The notes beneath the pieces are model-generated. The model did no database searches. It worked only from the letters and a program-made list of their open reading frames with translations, and was not told the DNA's origin. Positions 57,811-64,000 of a stretch of 64,000 nucleotides of DNA are shown piece by piece; within the stretch, counting starts at the first letter, position 1; every line of letters begins with the position of its first letter. The DNA comes from Clostridia bacterium (GTDB lineage Bacteria > Bacillota > Clostridia > UMGS1883). Location of the stretch: assembly GCA_045604905.1 (NCBI GenBank), contig JAZUOX010000060.1, positions 22,386 to 86,385 of the forward strand, written 5' to 3'. The translations under genes were made by a program, and so were the position numbers.

Positions 57811-58497
57811 CTAAACATCAAGATTGTACACCCCGTTTTCTTCGTCACGCACCAATGCACCGTTTTCGAGCTGAATTACTCTCTTTTGCATATCGTTAAC
57901 GATTTTTTCAGAATGAGTAACCATAACAATGGTTGTTCCCATTTTGTTGATTTTATCAAAAAGCTCCATTACACCTGACGAAGTTTCCACATCAAGGTTA
58001 CCGGTAGGTTCATCGGCAATTATAAGTGACGGGCTGTTGACAATAGCACGGGCAATGCTTACACGCTGCTGCTCACCGCCTGAAATTTCGTGAGGGAAGT
58101 TATCGGCTCTTTCGCCAAGACCTACAAGAGCAAGAATTTTTGGTACTTTACGTTCTATTTCACTCTTCGGCTTTCCGATTATTTCCATGGCAAAAGCAAC
58201 GTTTTCGTAAACGGTTTTATTCGGCAGAAGCCTGAAATCCTGGAATACTACTCCCTGCGCTCTTCTAAGATAAGGAATTTTTTTTCTTTTAAGCGAATTT
58301 ACAACTATTCCGTCAACAACAACATCCCCTGATGTCGGTTTTATTTCTCCTGTAAGAAGTTTTATTGCAGAACTTTTTCCTGCGCCTGTCTTACCTACAA
58401 GAAATACAAATTCGCCATCATTTATTTCAAAGGAAACATGGTCAAGTGCAACTATTTCCTTGTCATAAACAACTGAGACATCTTTGAATTTAATCAT
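57811..58497 (-). CDS. ftsE: Cell-division ATP-binding protein FtsE
   Basis: Walker [10 protein letters not shown], an ABC signature and Walker B. 228 aa. Confidence 0.9.
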   Translation of the reverse strand: MIKFKDVSVVYDKEIVALDHVSFEINDGEFVFLVGKTGAGKSSAIKLLTGEIKPTSGDVVVDGIVVNSLKRKKIPYLRRAQGVVFQDFRLLPNKTVYENVAFAMEIIGKPKSEIERKVPKILALVGLGERADNFPHEISGGEQQRVSIARAIVNSPSLIIADEPTGNLDVETSSGVMELFDKINKMGTTIVMVTHSEKIVNDMQKRVIQLENGALVRDEENGVYNLDV

Positions 58498-58509
58498 CTA
58501 ACCATCCTT

Positions 58510-59598
58510 TCATATGCGAGTAGGCTTTGAAACGAGATACTTTTTAACCATCAGTGCAACCTTGAAGACAATAGCATGATCAAAAATTCTGAGATCAAGC
58601 CCTGTTATTTTGCGCACCTTATCGAGCCTGTATACAAGTGTGTTTCTATGTACATAGAGCTGTCTTGAAGTTTCTGACACATTAAGGTTATTTTCGAAAA
58701 ACTTCTGTATTGTGTAAAGCGTCTCCTGATCCAAAGAGTCAAGAGAGCCTTTTTTGAAAACTTCCGAAAGGAACAGCTCGCAAAGTGTAGTCGGAAGCTG
58801 GTATATAATACGGGCAATTCCGAGATTGTCATAATTAATTATATACTTATCCCCGTCAAACACCTTTCCGACTTCAAGAGCAATTCTTGCTTCCTTATAG
58901 CTTTTTGCTATGTCACGGATATTGGTAGCTATACTTCCGATACCGAGTCTTATGTTTACCATTGCCTCTGCAGTAATAGTATCAGCAAGCTGACGTGCCA
59001 TCTTCTCAAGTTCTGTTGCAGAAGCGCCCATCTTGACTTCCTTTACAACTGCAATCATGTTATTGTCAAGGTCTATGACAAAATCCTTGCCGTTATCAGG
59101 AAAAATTCCGCTTATGATATCGTACACATCAACTCCGCGGATTTCATCATACTGAAGCGCAAAAACAGCTCTGTCAGTATCATATGCAAGATGAAGCTCT
59201 TTGCTTTTCAGAAACACATCTCCGGGAAGAATACCGTCAGACAGGATGTTTTTGATAAAATTAGCCTTGTCATACTTATCGTTATGCATCTGTCTTATAC
59301 TTCCGATATAAGCTGCAAGAACCTCTGCTTGCTTCAGTGCATCTTCATCATCTTTTCCCACAAAAGTGATGTAATCAAGCTTCCCGCGGGACATAACTGC
59401 ATAAAATGTAAAACCGAACATTTTCAACACTCTATCACCGGATTCAGCACACTTAGTCATAATTTCAGGAGTGTTTTTTTCAACAGTTTCACAATATGCT
59501 GACGCTGTTACCGCTCCGCTGTTTTCGATAACTCCTAATGCAGAATTAAGAATCTTACTCATCTGCACTAAAACATTGTTGAGATATTTATTAACCAA
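58510..59598 (-). CDS. PucR/CdaR-family transcriptional regulator
   Basis: The C-terminal PucR-type HTH (SETSRQLYVHRNTLVYRLDKVRKITGLDL) follows an N-terminal ligand-binding-like region. Confidence 0.65.
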   Translation of the reverse strand: MVNKYLNNVLVQMSKILNSALGVIENSGAVTASAYCETVEKNTPEIMTKCAESGDRVLKMFGFTFYAVMSRGKLDYITFVGKDDEDALKQAEVLAAYIGSIRQMHNDKYDKANFIKNILSDGILPGDVFLKSKELHLAYDTDRAVFALQYDEIRGVDVYDIISGIFPDNGKDFVIDLDNNMIAVVKEVKMGASATELEKMARQLADTITAEAMVNIRLGIGSIATNIRDIAKSYKEARIALEVGKVFDGDKYIINYDNLGIARIIYQLPTTLCELFLSEVFKKGSLDSLDQETLYTIQKFFENNLNVSETSRQLYVHRNTLVYRLDKVRKITGLDLRIFDHAIVFKVALMVKKYLVSKPTRI

Positions 59599-59783
59599 TT
59601 AAATCTTCCTCCAATCAGTTACATACATAACCATACGATTATATAATAACACTTTTACTCTACTATTTCAACATTTTTTTGAATTTCTTTACAAAATTGT
59701 TACATTATTTTCCGTTTCTTATTCTGTATACTCAAAAAACATCCTTTGTGCATACTATAATATTGTAAGAATTTAAAGAAAGG

Positions 59784-60041
59784 GTGATGTTAATGATTGC
59801 CACAGTTGCCTCTTTGACTGCCGCAAACAGATTAAAGCGCCACAGCAACGAATACGGTATATATCCGAGCATTATACAAACTCCGCATTTGCTTACAAAA
59901 GACGGTTGCGGATACAGTCTGCGTTTTGATGACAACGACAGAATAATCATACAGAATTCTGCCGAAAATCTCGGGATAAGAATAAGAGGAATATACCGAG
60001 AAGAAATAAAAGATGGAAAGAAAATATATTCTGAGGTTTAA
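59784..60041 (+). CDS. Small hypothetical protein (85 aa)
   Basis: ORF preceded by AAAGGGTG. It ends 11 nt before the aminotransferase gene. There is no family assignment, so it may be spurious. Confidence 0.3.
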   Translation: MMLMIATVASLTAANRLKRHSNEYGIYPSIIQTPHLLTKDGCGYSLRFDDNDRIIIQNSAENLGIRIRGIYREEIKDGKKIYSEV

Positions 60042-60052
60042 AGGAGTATTTT

Positions 60053-61171
60053 ATGATATATCTGGATAATGCCGCTACCACTTTTCCGAAGCCCGAAAGC
60101 GTAATCGTTGCTATGAATGAGCTTATGCAGCTTTACGGTGGAAATCCCGGCCGCGGCGCACATTATATTTCAAGGAAATGTAACGAAAAAATTTTTGAAT
60201 GCCGTGAAGCTGCTGCAAAACTCATAAATGCCTCTTCCCCTGATGAAATAGTATTTACAAAAAATGCTACAGAAGCAATAAACCTGGCTATAAAAGGAAC
60301 ATTAAAAGAAGGCGATGAAATAATTCTTTCTTCAATGGAACACAACAGTGTACTCCGTAGTGCTGTTGGTCTTGAAAAGAAAGGTATAATTGTGAAAATC
60401 GCTCGTGCAGATTCTTCAGGATTTGTAAGCAAAGAGAGCATTTCATCTCTCTTAGGAGAAAAAACCAGACTTGTAGTTGTCACTCATGCTTCAAACGTAT
60501 GCGGAACAGTAAACCCTATAAGAGAAATAGCTTCAGAGGTACATTCAAAGGGGATACCGATACTCATTGATGCCGCGCAAAGTGGCGGTGTACTTGATAT
60601 ATATGCTCCGGATTTTGACATGATAGCATTTGCCGGTCACAAAGGCTTGTACGGACCTTTCGGAACAGGCATTCTCTATGTTAAAAACAATGTAAAGCTG
60701 GAAACCTTAACAGAAGGTGGAACAGGCAGCTTTTCTGAAAGTGCATTTATGCCGGACTATTCCCCCGACCGTTACGAAGCAGGAACCCTGAATGCCTGTG
60801 GCATAGCAGGACTATGTAAAGGTATTGAATTTGTCACTAAAGAAGGTGTTATGGAAAAGGAACGCGAACTGGCAAGTTTTATGGCAGAACAGTTTTCCGT
60901 CGTAAAAGGGGTACGGATAATCGGTAATCCTTCAATTGCACTCATTGGTCTAAGGATTCCGGGTTATGACTGTGTTAACATTGCCGAAAGATTAGATGGA
61001 GAATTCGGCATTGCTACAAGAGCTGGGCTGCATTGTGCACCAATGGCACACCGTACTCTCGGAACTATTACAGGAGGACTTCTAAGGATTTCAGCAGGAT
61101 ATTTCAACACCAAAGATGACATTACTGCCGCTGCAAAAGCAATTGAAAAACTTACCGAATGTTACAAATAG
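60053..61171 (+). CDS. Class-V aminotransferase-fold PLP enzyme, cysteine desulfurase-like
   Basis: MIYLDNAATTFPKPESV.. N-terminus and a C-terminal RAGLHCAP motif containing the active-site Cys. AGGAG ribosome-binding site. Confidence 0.8.
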   Translation: MIYLDNAATTFPKPESVIVAMNELMQLYGGNPGRGAHYISRKCNEKIFECREAAAKLINASSPDEIVFTKNATEAINLAIKGTLKEGDEIILSSMEHNSVLRSAVGLEKKGIIVKIARADSSGFVSKESISSLLGEKTRLVVVTHASNVCGTVNPIREIASEVHSKGIPILIDAAQSGGVLDIYAPDFDMIAFAGHKGLYGPFGTGILYVKNNVKLETLTEGGTGSFSESAFMPDYSPDRYEAGTLNACGIAGLCKGIEFVTKEGVMEKERELASFMAEQFSVVKGVRIIGNPSIALIGLRIPGYDCVNIAERLDGEFGIATRAGLHCAPMAHRTLGTITGGLLRISAGYFNTKDDITAAAKAIEKLTECYK

Positions 61172-61269
61172 ATGAAATATCGGCAGAAAGCCTTTTTTTT
61201 TGACGGTTTTTATTGTATTATTAAACTAGATGAATTATTCATACTCCGGAACAAAGGTGGTTGACAGTA

Positions 61270-62097
61270 TTGGACGCATTTTTCAGCGGATTAGCCTTGA
61301 GATTGGCAGATATACTTGATATTGCAATAGTTGCTTACCTTTTTTACAAGCTTTCTGCACTCCTTCGTGAAACACGGGCAGGCGCTCTTATTAAAGGTAT
61401 TATTCTCGTGCTTATTTTTGCATGGCTCAGCAATCTTTTGCAGCTTAACACCATCAACTATCTGCTACGCAATCTTATGCAGTTCGGTATTATGGCTCTG
61501 ATTGTCGTTTTCCAACCGGAACTCAGACGAACTCTTGAGAAAGTCGGTAAAACAAACTTTGCTACACTATTCTCCAGTGAAAAGGATGAGGCTGAAGAGG
61601 TCGCTTCAGAAATTGCAGCTGCAGCAAGTGCTATGTCCAGCAGACGAATTGGAGCGCTTATTGTTCTTGAGAGAGATATTAAAATCGGTGATATAGTAAG
61701 AACAGGTTGCGAGATTGATTCAAAAGTTTCAAGCGAACTTCTTATTAACATATTCATTCCTAACACTCCCCTTCATGACGGAGCCGTTATTGTAAGAGAC
61801 GGAAGAATTCTTGCAGCTAGGTGCATTCTTCCCCTTACTCCTAACGAAACGCTCAGTCAGGAGTTCGGAACAAGACATCGCGCAGCACTCGGTATTTCCG
61901 AAAGTTCTGATTCGGCAGTTATTGTTGTCAGTGAAGAAACAGGAAAAATAAGTTTTGTAGCAGACGGTAATATGAGCCGTAATTATACTGAGGAAACTCT
62001 CAAAAAAATGATTATTAAATCACTTGCTTCCGATTCTAAAAATATTAAAGACAGTACTATTTCTAAGTGGAAGGAGCGTATGAAATGGAAAAAATAA
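61270..62097 (+). CDS. cdaA: Diadenylate cyclase CdaA (DisA_N domain, membrane-anchored)
   Basis: 3 TM segments and DAC motifs (DGAVIVRDGRILAA, RHRAALGISE). A TTG start at 61270, 9 nt after AAAGGTGG, is preferred over the TTG at 61261. Confidence 0.85.
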   Translation: MDAFFSGLALRLADILDIAIVAYLFYKLSALLRETRAGALIKGIILVLIFAWLSNLLQLNTINYLLRNLMQFGIMALIVVFQPELRRTLEKVGKTNFATLFSSEKDEAEEVASEIAAAASAMSSRRIGALIVLERDIKIGDIVRTGCEIDSKVSSELLINIFIPNTPLHDGAVIVRDGRILAARCILPLTPNETLSQEFGTRHRAALGISESSDSAVIVVSEETGKISFVADGNMSRNYTEETLKKMIIKSLASDSKNIKDSTISKWKERMKWKK

Positions 62098-63011
62098 TGC
62101 AGAATAAAAAAGTCATCAAGATCATTTGTATTGCTCTTGCCACTCTTTTGTGGGTGTATGTTTCCTATCAGGAGAATCCCTCAATGTCAAAAACTGTTAA
62201 GAATGTTCCGATAGTAATTGTAGGTGAGCAGGCTCTTAAGGAAAAAGGATTTTCTGTTTATTCCGTTTCGGAAAAAAGCGTTAATGTTAAAGCAACGGCA
62301 AATAGACTCACTCTTTCGAGAATCAACAGTAAAACAGTATCTGCAAACATAAACGTTTCTTCCATAAAAAAAGCAGGCACCCATGTGGTTCCCGCCACTA
62401 TTACATCAAGTGTTTCTTCCGCTGCCAATTATTATGTGAAAACAAGTGATATAAAGGTTATAATTGAACCGATTATGAAAGATACTTTTGCGGTTGAAGC
62501 AGTACTTAATAAACCTGATGCAGAAAATAAAGTGATAGATTCTTATGCACTTTCAGATGAATCTGTGAGTGTTTCAGCTCCAAAAAGCATTATAAGTGAT
62601 ATCGGCAATGTGAAAACCGAGGTGATAACAACTGCGCCTGAAAGCGGTACACAGACAGTACGCCTTGTGGCATATGCTAAAAACGGAAAAATTCTTGAAG
62701 GTGTTGAGTTTTCTCCCGCTGAAATTACTGTAAGCTATATAATTTCTGACGTCAAAAAAGTTCCTGTAATTCTTAAAACTTCCGATGGAAAGAGTCATCA
62801 GCTCCCGTCTCAGTACGATGTTGATATTTGCGGTTTTGGTGAAAGTTTTAATTCTCTTAAAGAGATTGCGACATTGCCACTGGATGTTACGGGAGCAAAA
62901 GACGGAGATATTTTGACAGCAATTCTGGATGTTCCCGGTTATGCTAAGCCAAAAGACATCTCCAAGGAAATACAAATCAGGTTTGAATCCGGATTTTTTA
63001 AAGAAGATTGA
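62085..63011 (+). CDS. cdaR: CdaR (YbbR-domain regulator of CdaA)
   Basis: N-terminal TM and repeated YbbR-like beta domains. It is in the conserved position downstream of cdaA. The start at MEKIMQ sits 8 nt after GGAAGGAG. Confidence 0.8.
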   Translation: MEKIMQNKKVIKIICIALATLLWVYVSYQENPSMSKTVKNVPIVIVGEQALKEKGFSVYSVSEKSVNVKATANRLTLSRINSKTVSANINVSSIKKAGTHVVPATITSSVSSAANYYVKTSDIKVIIEPIMKDTFAVEAVLNKPDAENKVIDSYALSDESVSVSAPKSIISDIGNVKTEVITTAPESGTQTVRLVAYAKNGKILEGVEFSPAEITVSYIISDVKKVPVILKTSDGKSHQLPSQYDVDICGFGESFNSLKEIATLPLDVTGAKDGDILTAILDVPGYAKPKDISKEIQIRFESGFFKED

Positions 63012-63013
63012 TA

Positions 63014-63048
63014 AAAACCGATGAGTGATTTTCACTCATCGGTTTTTT
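63014..63048 (+). terminator. Intrinsic terminator after cdaR
   Basis: Stem ccgatgagtg / cactcatcgg with a 5-nt loop, followed by T6. Confidence 0.8.
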
Positions 63049-63085
63049 AATATATGGAAATTTAACAAAATTATGTCCTTACAAA

Positions 63086-63940
63086 TCAGGGCTGTAGTGG
63101 GGTAAGACTATCTTTCCAGTAGAATATTCTGTATTTTTTACCAACGTATGCAGAAATATCTTTTTCTATTTTCTCATACTCATTTAACGTAGGACAATCT
63201 TTGTTGAGGAATTCTATCTTTTCGATTTTTCCGTCAACTGTGTATGAAGCAAGTATTCCAGAGAAATAAAGAGGCTCTAAGGTGTTATTTTTAAATTTCA
63301 CCTTATTGTTTTCTACAGTCATAGTTACTCCGTGGTTTTCGGCTGCACTGTTAAGAGCTTCGTCATAGACTATAAAAGAGGCATCACTAAGCTCTCCAAC
63401 ACTGAACTCTGCCGTTTTACTGTTATTTGATCTTAAAACTGTTTTTATACCATTTTTATGCCCTATGCATATAATTGAACTGATATCCTTTCCATCTACT
63501 TCAACACATATTTTCTTTTCGTCTGTGTCTTTTATTTGTATCGCCTTAAATTCAGGTTTCTCATTTTGCGGAATTACAGTGATTTTAATTACCTGAGCCT
63601 CACTCTCCGTTTTGTGGAGTGGTGACATAAAGTAAAACTCCCACACTACTTTTCCGTTTGTCTTTAGCGTTTCTGAAACGGCTCCGTTTTTTGTCACAAA
63701 GGTATTAAGGTTAAGTGATGTTCTTTTCGGTGCAAAAGCGTCATATATAACTTCATCGTCTGCCTTGATTCTCACAAATGTATTTCTTCGTATCTGTGCA
63801 ATAAGCGAAAGAGCGCTGTTTTCAACAAATTCGTCAGGGTCCGTTGTAAATGGCAGAATATATCCTTCCTCTGACTGTTTGATTTTATTTTCAACTGTCG
63901 CATAGTTCATTTTTGTACTGAAAAGGAAGTCTGTATTCAT
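63086..63940 (-). CDS. Hypothetical protein (284 aa)
   Basis: Intact ORF convergent with cdaR. No recognisable motifs. Confidence 0.45.
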   Translation of the reverse strand: MNTDFLFSTKMNYATVENKIKQSEEGYILPFTTDPDEFVENSALSLIAQIRRNTFVRIKADDEVIYDAFAPKRTSLNLNTFVTKNGAVSETLKTNGKVVWEFYFMSPLHKTESEAQVIKITVIPQNEKPEFKAIQIKDTDEKKICVEVDGKDISSIICIGHKNGIKTVLRSNNSKTAEFSVGELSDASFIVYDEALNSAAENHGVTMTVENNKVKFKNNTLEPLYFSGILASYTVDGKIEKIEFLNKDCPTLNEYEKIEKDISAYVGKKYRIFYWKDSLTPLQP

Positions 63941-64000
63941 ATTATCTTCGTTTACAGGAGTATATTGTTCCCAGTCGCCGTAGAAACCTGTAAAGGGTAT

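Noticed and set aside
56934-57860. ftsX start at the first ATG of the 308-aa ORF, or at the M16 ATG overlapping ftsE by 8 nt
   Set aside because: Homology with FtsX N-termini (MK.....S...S..RNG.MT) supports the MKYYIKS start at 57806. The upstream extension ([16 protein letters not shown]) has no counterpart.
59599-60052. Possible T-box or riboswitch leader upstream of the class-V aminotransferase gene
   Set aside because: No T-box consensus (AGGGTGGNACCGCG) or recognisable riboswitch core was found. The region instead contains an 85-aa ORF of uncertain reality.
1-64000. Mobile elements, prophage, CRISPR-Cas, toxin-antitoxin or defence islands
   Set aside because: No transposase, integrase, recombinase, Cas-like, nuclease or helicase ORFs were seen. 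There are no terminal inverted repeats or attachment-site-like duplications. All large ORFs are accounted for by CAZyme, surface or housekeeping functions.

Overview
This is a low-GC Firmicutes (Clostridia-type) chromosomal segment. That call rests on SLH cell-wall anchoring domains, the spoVT/abrB/prsA/lon-engB/ftsEX/cdaA-cdaR housekeeping gene order, and AT-rich intergenic regions with GGAGG ribosome-binding sites. No rRNA, tRNA, CRISPR array or transposase/integrase gene was found.

**Positions 30 to 37067.** Every gene here is on the minus strand, forming a roughly 37 kb polysaccharide-utilisation cluster. Reading 5' to 3' on the minus strand it contains:
- a run of five secreted, S-layer-associated proteins, two of which carry domains homologous to the PL22 oligogalacturonide-lyase beta-propeller, including a 1765-aa giant;
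- a GH105-type unsaturated-uronyl hydrolase;
- six tandem, translationally coupled paralogs of an uncharacterised ~320-aa cytoplasmic TIM-barrel-like protein with a GH20-like HxGxDEE motif;
- a hypothetical protein, an amidohydrolase_2 protein and a 966-aa secreted modular protein;
- an internal sigma-A promoter;
- a seventh paralog, a GH2-like enzyme, a CE15 glucuronoyl esterase, a GH67N/DUF4838-type putative glycosidase, mannonate dehydratase UxuA, an alpha/beta-hydrolase esterase and an SDR UxuB-type oxidoreductase;
- an intrinsic terminator.

Downstream of that terminator, still on the minus strand, sits an azlCD amino-acid exporter pair.

**Positions 37.1 to 44.5 kb.** A divergent promoter region carries twin AATATTAATATT palindromes. 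It is followed by an orphan receiver-AraC regulator whose phospho-acceptor Asp is replaced by Asn, then a DppA-like M55 peptidase, an AraC regulator, a DUF4838-like putative glycosidase and the eighth paralog.

**Positions 44.7 to 64 kb.** Conserved housekeeping and sporulation genes: spoVT, a Zn-ribbon membrane protein, a UPF0210/ACT pair, an abrB-like gene, a PrsA-like PPIase, lon, engB, rubrerythrin, a PBP5-like protein apparently lacking its catalytic Ser, ctp, an M23 peptidase, ftsX/ftsE, a PucR-family regulator, a class-V aminotransferase, cdaA/cdaR and a hypothetical gene.

The candidate novel biology is the pairing of an extracellular, SLH-anchored multi-protein PL22 apparatus, whose members share an unassigned C-terminal domain, with a large expansion of an uncharacterised cytoplasmic GH-like family co-transcribed with GH105.
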